Below, in pieces: positions 1 through 13,239 of a DNA stretch of 64,000 nt. The stretch covers positions 186,001-250,000 of the forward strand of contig JAYWIR010000006.1 in the NCBI GenBank assembly GCA_036172245.1, written 5' to 3'. Below the pieces are notes generated by a model. That model saw only the letters and a program-made list of their open reading frames with translations, was not told the origin of the DNA and made no database searches. The translations under genes and the position numbers were made by a program. Position 1 is the first letter of the stretch. Each line of letters starts with the position of its first letter. Origin of the DNA: Raillietiella orientalis (lineage: Eukaryota).

Positions 1-74
1 AAATTATTGTTAGGATGTTTGTTGTTTTCATTTTGACAGCATAATGTATTCCTTTCTTTCTTGAGAATCCTTAG

Positions 75-115
75 GAGATGAAGGCCCACTAAAAGACCAT
101 CAGTACGCTCGCTGA
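75..115 (+). CDS. Possible terminal exon of an upstream gene (…GDEGPLKDHQYAR*)
   Basis: TTAG acceptor at 71-74, short open frame to TGA at 113-115, AATAAA near 286. No family recognised. Confidence 0.25.
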
Positions 116-2665
116 CAGTCATTATCACCTTTATCAGCTGTGTGTGTATTTGTGTGTGTTTTCCATGTTGGATAGTAATAGGCGGAGAAGGCAACGCACT
201 TATGTGAACATTCTGAAGGATGGATTTTCCTAAATATGGCGGTGGGCAGAATGGAGAATATTTGTCAGTGATTACATTAAGCACTAATAAAATAAACGTG
301 GCAGTAAAAAGCATCTTCGGGTTGATGATGTATGTAGGTTAACATCGTTTTCGTTGATGTAAGCGTCTGGTTTGGTTTTCAACGGCGGAAGTGCATTGAA
401 TCAAAATTCTCTGAAGAATTCAAATGACTTGGCCTTGTCAACGGAAACATGAGATCCTGTTTGATGTTTTGCTTATTTGAGGAAAAAAAAAAAAAGCTGG
501 GAACTCTGCTAGCATATGCCGATCGAGTGTCCGATTTTTTATTCTCTATTTTCAGTGAAAATGGTTCCTTTGATTCTGCCGCCAACTGAGCCGTGTCTTA
601 GTTTCCGGCCTTGGTGTGTGCCTCATGAACTTTCGTTTGGACTGCACCCTGGACACCTTAATCAGACAAGGATGTCCGCCGACTGCTCACGGGAGCAGAC
701 ATGTAGCTCACCGCGTTGCCCGGTCGTTAGTAAAAAGTGATCTTTGCGTGATGTCAATGGCTTTCGGCGAAGTGCTCCTGAGAAAAGGACGAATCATTGC
801 GAGATAACAAAGTTAAGTTTGCCGTAACGAATAGAGGAGCCAGGTTTTTGTTGAAGATAACATTAAGAGCATTAACGTGCTATAATTTGTAGTGGTGAAA
901 AAATAGGTATAAAAAAAACGCCGTGTAGCACAGTGTAACGGATGCTGGATATGTACTTGAATGGAGGCATAGCTGTGACATTTGCAGGTAGGTATAACGA
1001 GCACGCAACCTAAGATGGAAAGTTTCTAGTGAGAGTACTTGGAATTGGCGAGTCAAAGTCCTTTTTTATTTGATCAGATGGGGATAGGGTATTTGATTGT
1101 TTCCCTGTTTTTTCTTCCCGTGAAATTTTTTTTTTCTTTTTTGCATGCTGTAAATATTATCAAGCTGTCCTTTGTTACAGTCACAAAGCCCATAACATGT
1201 GATTTAAATACACATTAGATTTGCCAGCTACAGTTTTTCCGTGACTACAGTTATCAAAAAGCGAAACAATTTGTTGCGGATCTCGAAACAAAGAATTGCT
1301 GGCATCCCTTGATTGCTCATGGTTTCCAGGATTGCTGGTTTAACAGAGTTGACCAACTTTGTTGAACTGAGTGCAATTCTGGAAGCGCGTGCTGCCCTTC
1401 CGAAATGGCCTTTAAAGAAAAAGAATGGCTACTTTTAGATCAATTTTGAATCTCGAGTAAACGTGCTCTCGTATTGTATGTACATGCGGCCTGTCCTGAT
1501 TATAGTAGGATTAATATTGGGCATAAAGTTTGAACGGGACAGTCATATAGCATCGATCAAATTTCAGAATTTCATGCCATATGAAACAATTAGGTGAGTG
1601 TATAATGGGTGTTTTCGTACGCATTTGCCTTGGGACTATTTTCAAGACGTTAACCAGCAATAAGTGCATACCATTAGTCTGGTGATGGAAAACTTTTACC
1701 GCCATCTCTGTTGAATGTGTTATTGGTGATTCCATTCATCAGTTTCTTTATGTGCAGTATAATGCATTCAAGGCTTTATTGGACTGCATGGTTGTGAAGG
1801 TTTCGGTGAAAATAAGCGAATGTTGCAAACAAAAACCCTGGCATTCATTACGTAGAAAAATGAAATGTGCGAGATGAATGCATGCTTGTGTTCAAACTGT
1901 TGATTCATGTTGTGTCAAACAATACAGTATTTGTGCAGTAGCATTTCTAGTGGTATTTAGATTCATTTCTATGTTCATTCACTGATGTGGCTACCTTTGT
2001 CTCAAGTTTTGTGGTCAGTCTTTGTAGTACTTTCCCCTAACCGTCGCTCTTTTTAACTTAGCTCTTGGGGAGGTCAACGTATCTTTATCTGATTACTTAG
2101 AGCAAGATAATTGACACTGCGAGCAAGCTTATTACAGTTTTTGCTTCCATTTCATATTTAATACAAGACTGATTATTTGGATATTTGGTTTTTGAAGAAC
2201 TGAGAATGAATAGCAAAAGTAATTCATGAAACTTTCTGTCTCAAATGAAGTTGCACTGTTCTTATTCCAAGATGGCTGCTTGCATGCATTTTACCACAAA
2301 GATTTGCATGTATTTCATCATTGTGACAAATGTGCTAAGGTTTGAAATAACCTGGGAAAACTAGGAACACAAAATGTCTTGTAATCCTGACATGCTATGT
2401 AAACGTGTTTTTTTTTGACGACGGTGTCAAACAAACAATGCACTCTTGTAGGTTAAAACTTAAATGGGTGTATCTTGTGTCATCACACAACATACACCCA
2501 TAGTTTACCATTTTTTTTAAAGGCTTTAAATATTCTACATGAATCTTGAATTATTGTTTCAATTTATTTGTCTTGATTATGGTGAAGTAAAGCATTTCGT
2601 TTTATTAAACTGCAACAAAAACAGTATACCTAATGAAACAGTCTATCACCAACACTTCTGTGAAA

Positions 2666-4207
2666 TTAGTGAGCTCTGCAAAAGAGTAAACTTTCTCCAT
2701 AATGAATCTTGAAATTTTACCTGTGTACTGGATGATTCCGAATACAGTCGATAAGCTCATTTGGAGCCATTTCTTTTGAGCAAATCTTATGCACTGCAAC
2801 CATGAGGGGGAATCTATCAGCGACAAAGTTGTGCTCTGTAATAACCTGTTATGTGTATGTACCTGTCTATTGCTTCTTGTTGACAGAGAGCTTCATATAC
2901 TTCTTCTGCTGTGGCTGGCCCTTGCAATTTCTGTCCATTGAGCATTTCCTGCTCCAGCTCACTGATTGTCTGCATTTACATAGTAAAAGTTGATATAACA
3001 CTGTTAAAATACCTTTCCTGTGAGGACAAAAGCCTCAGCTACTTTCCGATTGCGTCCTCCATAACAAGTAGTAACTAAGTCAGCCACTCCACAACTCTGC
3101 AGAAATGTGTCCAATTTTGTGCCAGGGTATAAGAGACGACAAAACTCCACCATTTCCATGAGACCCAAGCGTAGTACTGCTGCCTTTGTGTTATCTCCCA
3201 AGTGCAAGCCATCCACAAATCCAGCTCCTACTGCTACCACATTCTACTACACTCCTAATCAATGTTTCATTGTAACTACCCACTTTAAGGGCACCACACA
3301 TTTCCACGGCCTCCACATCATCACATACTACAATACGAAAATATGGTGTCTCAATGAGGGTTTTGAACACTGTTCCCTTAGTTGGGCACTTGCATCCTTT
3401 GGAGCAATGAATTACTGCAACAAGTTGTATCACATACCTATGGTGGTCTCGCAAAAATACTCAGCTGCCACTTCCTTAGCAATGTTAGCACCCATCAATA
3501 CACTAACATCAATGTGCAATAAATTTTCAATAACTTTGGAAATCAGCTGTACCCCATGTCCTGGTACTGTATCAAATCCCTATCAGCAAAATAATTTACA
3601 CATACAATTTTCATGTACGTTTACCTTAATTAATGATATACCAAAAGCTTTTGGTTTCAACTTTCCAACCAACTGTCCACAAATTGGTGGTACAAACTGA
3701 TGTGGAAGGACGAAAACTAAAATGTCTGCATCTTTGGCAGCTTCCACAACGTCTGTAATGGCAACCTGGTTTTGACAAAAATTTTCTTGCACATGCATGC
3801 TTTTCACAATACTTACCACATTGGCAGGGAGCTTATAACCGGGTAAGTATTTAATGTTTTCATGCTGTGTATTTATGATTTCCGACAAATTCTTTCCTGA
3901 GACAACCTCTTCATACACAAAAAGGTTCACTGCATTGTCGAAGTAATCGTGCAACGTAACATTGTGCCCTATTATTCGTGCGATTGCAGTACCCCTTTAT
4001 GGAACAAAGCATATGTTTCCTGTTACATTCGCATGATTTTTTTCACTGTGACTGTTAGCTAATTTCCAGGTCACAAGCATTTCGATTGTAGTTAATTCAT
4101 GCTGATCACTGCTCATGAAAGGAAAAATCTTACCAATTTCCTGATCCAATAACCGCTACTCTCAGTCTTGTTTGTTCATTAAACGTGATATCTTCACAGG
4201 CAGTCAT
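2666..4207 (-). CDS. Gpdh: NAD-dependent glycerol-3-phosphate dehydrogenase, 9 exons, 362 aa
   Basis: Exons 4207-4134, 3994-3817, 3765-3625, 3579-3438, 3396-3284, 3243-3013, 2969-2863, 2813-2721 and 2675-2666; all GT-AG and phase-consistent (1089 nt). Motifs: [68 protein letters not shown]. Minus-strand AATAAA near 2601. Confidence 0.97.
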
Positions 4208-6811
4208 ACCGAACCGTTAAGGTATTCAATCCTTTATACACAGTTCATGTCACTTTGGCCAGACCGTGTACCCGTGCTGTAGTACTAGAATATCCGTTCA
4301 CGCCTCAACCGTGCACTCCACTTTCACAACCACACTACGTCGAACGTTTCCATAAGTGTAGTGAAGAGGTGCGGACTTTATACCGAACAATTGCAAGGTC
4401 ATCTCGCCCAAGTAGGGGTGCGGTGAGGTACCGGAGAGGGGAAGCCTGCGAGTTGCAGTGGCTGCAGTTGTGCGTCTACTACTACCATCATTCACCGATC
4501 GGGGGGATCCTGGCTTCCGGAGTGTGCATTAAAAACCATTTTTTGAACCCGAGGGAGGAAGGAGCTCGTATGCCCGGACAACCCGTTCACGCTCCGATCT
4601 CCTGGATGGTTGAATCCCTGCAGCCGCTGCCTGCCCGGCTTGAGGTTGGGTTGCAGAGCACGGGAAGGAGGTAGTCAAGGCGACGCGCGGGAATCCCTGA
4701 TGCACTGCTGAACTCTTTTGGCGACCTCGTTTTTTCGTCGTCGAGCGTCAAAGCATGGTTCAAAAGAAAAAAAAACAGAATCTACCGAATGAGCGGGACG
4801 TAAATTTAAACGAGAAAGAACAAAACCAGAGAGAATTGAAATAGGGAAAGTGAAGCACGACGGCTGAGGATGAAGGAAAAACTGCTCTCAAGTTGTGGAA
4901 ATGGATGCGTTTCATGAAGATGCCAAGCGCTTGCTCGAAATGTCTGGCGGAGTAGCGAAGTCGATTGGAAACTTTTTTCTTTGAGGAAAGTCCGAGGACC
5001 GGGATTATATCAGCACTGCCGTGGAAGGCAAAGCGGCGCCATCCCAGAGTGGCAGAGTCACGTGATGGCGCTTGTCGTGTCACGCCAGTGTCGCAGTTCC
5101 GGGGCGGGTTATCTTCCACGTGCGCGTGCAGCACGCGTGCCCGAAGCTGCATGCGCGCGCGCCCACGCACGCGTTTCCCGCGATCGTGTGAAGACGACCG
5201 GGCGAACCCATGCTCTCCATCCCAGAGCGCGCGAAAACACCGCGAAGGTGTCTTTCTCCTACGCCCACGCACCTCCCCCACTCAGGAGACTGCTGATGCC
5301 TTGGGACTGGGAACTTCCCATCTGCTGCGATTCCTGCTTGCTGGATGGGCTGCACGCGTCGCCACCGTTACCGTTTCGGAACACCTCGCCGTGCGCTTGC
5401 CGGCGGCAAGGTGGAAAGTCTCCCGGAAAGCGGCTTTTCCGGTTCGATGGGGAGGGGCAGGCGAAAGTAGGAAGTGCGCCCATCCCGATTCGCTCGGGGG
5501 CGCCGCCTCCAGGGTCAGAGTTCATCCCCTACCACTTTCGAGCGGTTCTCTTCGATGACTCTCCCTCCCTGGCTCTCCTCCTTCCGGCCCCATCCTGGAA
5601 GGACTTCAGTAGCCGCTACCTCGTCAGTCCCGAGAGGTGCGGGAGGAGGAAAACAGCAGCAGACGCCGTGTTCCCGGTTCCTGGTAGACGGATGCCCCTT
5701 CAGGATGCGAGAGGATGCGGGCCGCCTCCGAAGCTGTGGCTGCGAGGGGCAGACCGGAGAGAATGGGGTAACGGGAGGGCAGGGAAGAGACCGCCACCGA
5801 AGCGCCCCTTGGCGAACTTCTACCGGGAATCATGGAGGAGGGAAGGCTTGCCGGAGCGAGCTCCCGCTCTCCAGGAATGGGGAGAGACCGAAAAGGAGGA
5901 GGATTTTTTTTCCACGCTCTGCAGGCGGCGCCTAGCGGTCGAAAGTCCAACCGTTCCTCGGGAAAGGCGGGGTACGGGGAGAGGGGTGAGGAAGGGGAGA
6001 GGAGGAGTGTGAACCCTTGGGAGCAGCCAACAAGTTCGGAACTTGCAGGGGCGCGTCCCTCCGGCAATTCCCCGGTGCTGTGTGCGCTTTTGCGTGAGGG
6101 GGAGGGGCCCAGGGATAAAGGATAAAGGGAGGGAGAAGGGGGAGGGAGAAAGGGGAGAAAGGAAAGTAGGGCGAAGGGAAGATGAGGAGGAAAGGAGGAA
6201 GGAAGGGAGGAGGAGGAGGAGGGAGTTCTGCGGGCGTACCTCAAAGGATTTTTTTCCGTGTCGCGGACGAAACCTGGGGGCGTTCCCCACGCGGAGCTCC
6301 CTGCACGGTCTCCCGCACCCTCTCCGGAGATCCCGCATCTTCCGTAATTACCGCAGCTTCCACCTTCACCCCCACTGCCACCCCTGCGCCATGCGGTGCT
6401 CTCCTTAACTGCCGCCACCCTGCAGGGACTCGGCGCCATCGTGCGCGCGCTATTTTGGTCTTCCCGCAGGCTCCTTCCCTCTTCCCCTCCTGCTTTCCTC
6501 GTCACCGGCTCTTGCGTCACGCTGCTGCCGCGGCGGGGAGACTGCGCCTCTCCCCCAGGGTCACGGCGCGCCGACTGAAGCGCTTTTTTCCCCCTTTGAC
6601 TTCTGGGTTTTCGCAGGAGCGCAGCCCGATGGATGTGCGTTCCCCAGCACCCCTCCATTGGGGGATGGAGGGGGGAAAGCACGAGTTTGCCCTTCTTTTT
6701 CACCTTAAGGACATCCCTGGACCCCGCCGGCTCTCCTTTAACAGCCTTTACAGCACACCAGGCGCCTCTTCGCGTCCCCGTCCTCTCCTCCCCTCGCCCG
6801 ACCTTCGATAC

Positions 6812-6885
6812 AGGTTCTGTGCACGGGTAATATCACGGTCTGGGATCGGAAGAGAGATGTGATTATTGCTAGTTGAAAACTTTCC
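6812..6885 (+). ncRNA. U4 snRNA-like 5' domain, copy A (variant or pseudogene; no Sm site)
   Basis: GATTATTGCTAGTTGAAAACTTTCC matches the metazoan U4 stem I/central domain. The 5' end resembles U4 stem II. The intervening part folds as the 5' stem-loop kink-turn: AUCAC/GUGAU, GUC/GAU, 3-nt bulge, tandem GA, UC-GGAA-GA. Confidence 0.75.
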
Positions 6886-7449
6886 GAACTTCACTGGGAT
6901 TGGATGGCCGTGGAACACCCTCCTTGGTCCTCTCCCCTCCTCCTTCCCAGTTTCCTGGGGACGAGCAGGACAATCAGCGAAGCGGCTTCGGAGCGAGCGG
7001 AGGCTCGGGCGACCGCGCACATTTTGCTCGCGGGCGGCTTTTGGGGTGGTTCCGCGCAACACTTGGACGACTCATCCACGCCCCGGGGTGGTCCCACTTG
7101 ATGGTCGATCCTCCCCGGGTGGAGATGGGGGCATGAGCTGGCACCCTTTCTTGTCCGTTCCCCCTTAACCTCTCTTTAGCTAAGACGCAATCCTTCCTCA
7201 TCCAGGCAGTCCAGGGGCTCCTCTCCGACCTCTTGAAGGCCGCTCGGCGCTCCCGAAGGAATCCGGGGGAACGCGCGTGGTTCCCTTCGCTGGGTGGACG
7301 GAAGGATCACGTAGAACGAAGGAAGCTGGGTCGTTGCATCCTCCGGTATTTCTTGTCCCGTCCCGAGGAGCTTCCCTGCGCGCGAAAGACCGACCCATGA
7401 GGCGTGTTCCCCGGGAACCGCGGGGACTCAGGACTTTCGCCTCAGCCCT

Positions 7450-7900
7450 TATCGAGACCTCAGCGTTTCGGAAGCAGGTTGGATGGAGACCTCAAGAAGA
7501 CGCGCAAAGGAAAGGACGGGTAGTGTTGGAACTGCGCGCTTTCTTTTATGCCTCCAGGGACCCCCTGCTGGGAATTTCGTCTGATCACCGCCAAGCAGTC
7601 GCGATCGCGGAGAAATTTCGAGGGAGCGCGCGAACCCAGTGAGCTCGGGGGACGGGGGACGACTTCCCGGGATGAAGGTCCAGGGAATTCCTCCGTCTTT
7701 GCTCACTTTGCCGTCCTGTTCGCGATCACTTCTGGGATTCCTCCTTCCTCATCGGACCCCTTCGTCGGGGGATGAGGCCCCGGTCTGCAACCCCAGTCCG
7801 CATCGAGGTTATGCTGGTTCCAGGGACAACCGCGAGGCGCCTCATTAAGTCGAGGCGTAGCCGCGAAACCTCCAGCTCTCGCGCCGCCCCGTCATTTCGG
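7450..7900 (-). mobile_element. Degenerate LTR-retrotransposon integrase remnant
   Basis: Frameshifted peptides GGIPEVIA, GIPWTFIP…PELTGFARSLE and RAVPTLPVLSFARLL resemble the integrase core motifs GxPxxIxSDNG, PQSNGxAER and SPAELL in order. Confidence 0.35.
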
Positions 7901-9849
7901 AGGCCCCGAGACCCCTCAGCGCCCACCGTCAGGGCTCTGACGGTCAATTCCGCGGTCGGCAGGGATGCGGGGTCTTGGAGCACGATGTCATCGTTCTCGG
8001 TCTGCTTTCTATGCGGTACCCTCCTGGATGCGTCAGAGCACCGCCAGGGGGAGAGGAGGCGGCCGAGAGGCAGCACCGTGCGCAACGGTTCGGCGCGAAG
8101 GCTCGTACCCGCACGCGTGGCGTCTTCCGCGTCTGAGTCCCTGCCTGTGTCACGCGATCCCCCTGACGGGGGACCTTCTTGAGCCGGACAGCGCGCATCT
8201 CGGAAGCCTCGTGGACCCGCTTCCCCCCCTCCTTCCTTTTTGGAGTTGGGAAAGCAGCTGGAACTCCTGCAGAGTCCGACACGCGACGCGACTCTTCCCT
8301 CTCGCGGCTGCGGCGCACGCGGCAACGACCTGCGGCCACCTTGCTGCCTGCATGCGACAGTGGCACTCTCCCCTCTTCTCCACAAGACTCCCGCAAGCCG
8401 GCGGCACCCTCCCAGTTCCCTCCCGGAGGTTTTCTGCAGTCGAGTCCCTCAGAAGGAGCGGCAATTCTGCCTTCTGCCTCCCCATCAGCTGGTCGAGGTA
8501 GGGCTTCGTCAGGAAGCGAAGCGGCGCTCTCCCTCGCTGCCATGGTTCCGCGGCGGCGGTGGCGGCTGCTGGAGTGAGCTGGCCGCCATCCGCGGGCGTG
8601 AAGAGCTCCCTCTTCGCTTCCCAGCTCTTCCGCTCAAGACTTCACACCTTCCCGCGCCGTCCATCTTCCCTCCAGTCCGCTCGACGAGGGTGCCGGCGGG
8701 CTGTTCCTGTCGGTCCCCTCCCTCCCTCGACTGCGTCACTCCGCGGGTTTCCCCGTCTCATCGCGAGGCCAGGGACATTCCCGCCCTCGAGGCCGACCGA
8801 CTTTCGCGCTCTCCTTTGCCCACTTTCCTCAGAAGCCGGGGCTGGCTGGAGGGAGTCCAGACGTGTCCTCGCCAGTCCTGGCGGGTCCCGACCGCGCGGA
8901 GTTGCGCAGACCGTCTCGAGGTATCCTGCCTCCGCAGCAGGCGGCTCTGTTCCGTGGGGGATTTTCTTCGCAGATGCTGCGACTCGAGGGAACTCTGCGC
9001 TCGGAGAGGTCACAAGGGCCGCATCTGCGCAGCTACGGCGCCCTTCGGAGCTATGCAAGGGGACGGCTGCTACGACTGAATGACCTTGGCGCGGACGATA
9101 ACAGCGGGCGCCGCGGGCCCCCTGCTTCACTCCTCCGAAGCGTGCCACTGGCGCAGAAGGATCGCGCGCGCGCGTTCCCTTCCCAGCTGTGCCCCTCCCG
9201 CGTTCGGGAAGCAGAAGCAGTAGCACGGACTCTGGGAGGGGGCGCGCGGGTTCTTCCTAGAGGCGAGTCCGCGCCGCGCTCTCCCCTCCCCCCTTCTTCT
9301 TCACCAGCCTTAGTCGGCGCGCGCCCTCGAGCAGCGGGACAGCGGGGCCTTTCGCAAGGGCGCCACCGACGACTTTGCGACCCACGATGAGCCCGGAACG
9401 CGTCGCTGCGCATCTCAGCTTCCACGGCTTGTTTCCGTCGCCTTGGTTCCGACCTTCATCCGCAACGTTTCCGGGTCCTTCTCGAGCTGGGGAGCTCCTC
9501 CGCCTCATCGGGAGGGACTCTTCGCCACCCTCCGCAAGGCGCTTGACTTTGGAGCGCACCGCTTGCGCCATCCTAGCGACGGTGGAGGCGGGCCTTCCGG
9601 GTCAACGCAACCCTGCGTCCCTACGGACGGAACCGCAGGGTGGAATGGGAGCGAAGAAGGGCGGCACCTCTCAGGAGCAGGACCGTTTGGCACCCGTTCA
9701 AGCGGCTCTGTCGAGCGGTGCTCCCCGCCAGCGGACGCGCGGCAGCAGCAGGAAGCAGGTAAGGGGCAGTGGCGCTTCTTTAGGAGGTCCCCGTCCCGCT
9801 CTCGCTGCGGGCAGGTTCTCCGGGTGTCTCCGCTGATGGCGAGGCTGAT

Positions 9850-10100
9850 TTCGGGACGGATGCTCGAGGAATATTCCTGCTGCTGGTGGTGGTGAGACCC
9901 ACCTTTTCGTCAGCGCCTCCCGCTTATCTCACCGGAATATCTTCATCTCGCTCTGACTGGCACGGAGGAGGATCAGTCAGGCTCCTCGTGAAGTCAGAGA
10001 TGGCAGCGCGAGAAGTTCCCATGCCGCGGAAGACTCGAAAGCTCTTCCGAGTGATTTTTATTGCCAGCATGGGAACATGGGGGGAAGGGGGGCAGTTTTT
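9850..10100 (+). mobile_element. Possible degenerate LINE APE-endonuclease fragment
   Basis: YLTGISSSRSDWHGGGSVRLLVKSEM resembles the APE motif GY..FRxDR..GGGVxLYVK. Confidence 0.3.
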
Positions 10101-13100
10101 CGTTCCTGACTACGAGTCGCTGCATCTTCAGTCTTCCTGCCATCCAATCAAAAGCACGATGTGCATCCTTCTCTATTACTTTTTCGGGGGGGGGGGGGGA
10201 CTCGCAAGAAGGGCATTACTGAGGTCTCAAGGTGTGCGCTTCCTTTCAGGTTGGAGTTCCTTTTTCCCGTTCCTTTTTCCAGACTCTCCATTACCTCTCT
10301 AGGAAGCAAGGCGTCAGCGTCGCCTGCCTGCCGACTTTGTCCTTCCCCCCTTGCTTTCCCCCCCTTTCCCCTTTTCCCCTTCCCTTTCACGACGCCGAGT
10401 CCACAGAGATGGGGAAGCTGTTCGGTTGGATTAAGTGATAAAAAAGTCCCGATGAATCCCGTGCGCTCCCCTCACCTTGGGGTCGCAGAACGAGCTCCTT
10501 GGGGAAAAGCATCCATCCCATCCTCAGGTGCTCCCCGTCCCATGGTGGCCGATCCTTCAACTTTGCGCCAAGGACAGAGGATGATGTCGATCCGATGTCG
10601 GGGAAAGGAATTTAGCCGCGGTCCGAACGGGCGAAGTGGATCAAAGCTTCGACAGGTGCTTCTTTTCTTCTGCTTCCGTGACCCATAAACTCCGAACGGC
10701 GACCTACAAAGAGAGTTAGGGGAAAGTGAATCTATAAATAATGAGTGGCATTAGATGCGCTACTCCCGTGCCAATTTTTTTCCTTATTCCTGCAGTGTGT
10801 ATGTTGATTTGTCTCGACTCACAACGGATCTGCGTCTCCGTCGAAGACGCTGAACGAGGGTACCGGGAACGCGCACCCGCTGCAGACGGACGAGTTCCTC
10901 TTCCAGGCCTTCAGCAGACATCGGAATGACGGCACGTCCTTGCACCGTCTCCTAGCCCGTCTCGGAGGTATCAGGAAGGGCGTAATGTGAACACGAAGCA
11001 TCAGCCACTTTGGTGCATGAAACATGAAGGTGCACAGTGGGTATCGTCTTTTTGGTTCGTTGCCCATCATGTTGGGTACTGAAACGGAAGCCACGAAGAG
11101 GAAAACGAGAATCTTTTGTATTGGCTCCATCCCCATACAAAAGCATCTTTCAGAGGAGCTTTCCAAGCAACACACGGAGGTCCCGGACTAGGGTGAAGTC
11201 ATATTGCAAAAGGAAATGAGAGAGAATTTTGCGTCTATGGCTCAGGAGGTGCCATTCCTTCTTCAAGTGCTGCGTGGTGCAACAAGCTTCGTAAAGCAAC
11301 TACGATAAGCTCATCGTAAGGCGGAAGAAGGGAACACGTGACTGCAATGGAATAAGATGCCATTCCATCTCAATGAACGGTTTCGGGCAATTTTTCTTAC
11401 GCAGCCATGACTTGCTGTCTACGAAGCGTGAACTATTAATAAACATTGGCATACTGTGTGAATGTCAGGATATTTGTGAATCAAAGAGCATTTTTCTGGT
11501 ACGTCTTTCTACAAGTACCTTCTACGGACTGGGAGCGTTCTGTTTGAACGTGCCTCATTCGAACAGAAACTTTTCGTGCTTGTGCGCATGCACTATCACA
11601 TGTCCACTTCTAGACATATAGACCCGTGATTTCAAAATGAATAACACCTGTGTTATTTATTTTGGAACCACGGGTCCAGTTCACACACGTGGGTGCTGGC
11701 CGCGTTTGAAAAGTTTGCCTCCACGCAGGAAAGCTGGTTGAAAGGCCATCTGTTGTGTTCACCGTGTTTACATTGAGGAGAACGTATTCTGCGTCCCTTT
11801 GGGGAGGGCTGAAGCCACGCATATGCAGAGTGCAACCACCGAACCAGAAATCCATGGCTCCATCCATCTTCCGTGGGAACTGTGAGCTCAGGGAAGCCGC
11901 CTCGCGTCGCGTTATGTTCTTCGGCACACCGGATCCGAGAAGGGAAGGAGTTGGGCAACCGCCGGCAGGGCCGTCCTCTTTCGAGTTCCTGGTACCTGCT
12001 GATGCCTACAACGTCAGGGCAGTTTGCGGTATCCTTCCTTGGTGCTTCGTTGACGTCCAGCAGAACATCATCGAGAGTGTTCCGCCGCTCTGCGGAGGAG
12101 GACGAGAGTTCCCGCAGGTTCTGTGTGGAAGAGGGCGCAGGGGGCAGTTTGTGCTCCTGGTGGAGCGGTGGTGGCAGAAAATAAGAGGATGCGAAACTTC
12201 CAACCTAAAAAAATAAAATGACTGCTAAACTGAAAAATCGATCTCAGTGTAAAGAACGAGAGAAATCGATGTTGGTTGTCATTTCGGCAACACTGGGACT
12301 CTCACTATTCGGGGTGGTCGAACGGGATCGAAATAGGTCAAGCACCGCTTCCCATTGAGGCACAGAGGGCGCCGAAGCACGAAGCAACGGGGAGAATGGT
12401 GGGAAGTTGGAACACGAAACACACCTTCTTTCCCCGTGAGGCACCGACGACAGAGTCGGTTTCTTCTCGAGCTCTGAACGGCAGAGACTGACCGGTTCTA
12501 CCGAACTGCCCAGCCTGACGTCTTCCAACAGCACTGGTTGAAGTGACGACCTTCAGCTACCTGGATAGTGGAAACAATCCACTAAAGTAAAGGAACGTAC
12601 GGTCAGGAAAGGGCGTGCCAGCACAGCAGGACCGATTGCCAAGAGTAAACAGCCTGAGGATTGGACGGCTGCTCGGTAGAAAAGAAAAAAAGGAAAAGCT
12701 CTTCTGTAAGAATACGAGAAGGAGCCGAAAGCTCTGGGAAGGGCGTTCAGATCACCCCTCATTGGTTTGTGAACAATCTTTTAAACTAAGCGTTCGGGAC
12801 TATGGCAAGATGATGGTTCCACGTATCCACTCCACGTATCCAGGTGGAGGTGCGCGCTTTTGACTTTGGCAAGTGAGGAGCGAAAACACCGCTGCGGTTT
12901 CCAGACGAGGCCGCTTTCGTCTGGACCTCCGCCTAGGACAAAGATGCTTGCTGTGAGCATCCGTCGGGAAGCTTCAGCTCTGACGAGACGCGATCATCAA
13001 TCCTGATTGCTGTATGTAGCGGTGGTGGCTAGAGTGTGTTCATCGGGCTCTGCGTGGGAAATTCCGGTCTTCGGAAGCGTGCCATATCCCCTAGTGGCCC

Positions 13101-13239
13101 CCCGGGGCGGTCGGTCCAGTGCCTGAATTGCAACGAGAACGACCGTTTGGCCGGATGTGATTTTTTTCTGCAAAACCCACGAAAATCGATGGCTGTAGGT
13201 AAAAATTCATCCTTGAAGAATTGTTTTATTTCGCTCTAT

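Noticed and set aside
4983..4994. GAGGAAAGTCCG resembling the RNase P/MRP CR-I motif
   Set aside because: No partner P4/CR-V segment was found downstream.
5115..5175. Alternating purine-pyrimidine (Z-DNA-prone) run; also many long A/T/G/C homopolymers across the window
   Set aside because: Ordinary low-complexity sequence; homopolymer lengths may be sequencing artefacts.
4981..9900. Many long overlapping ORFs (up to 359 aa) on both strands
   Set aside because: Arg/Pro/Gly/Ser-rich with no domain signature; expected from stop-codon scarcity in GC-rich, low-complexity DNA.
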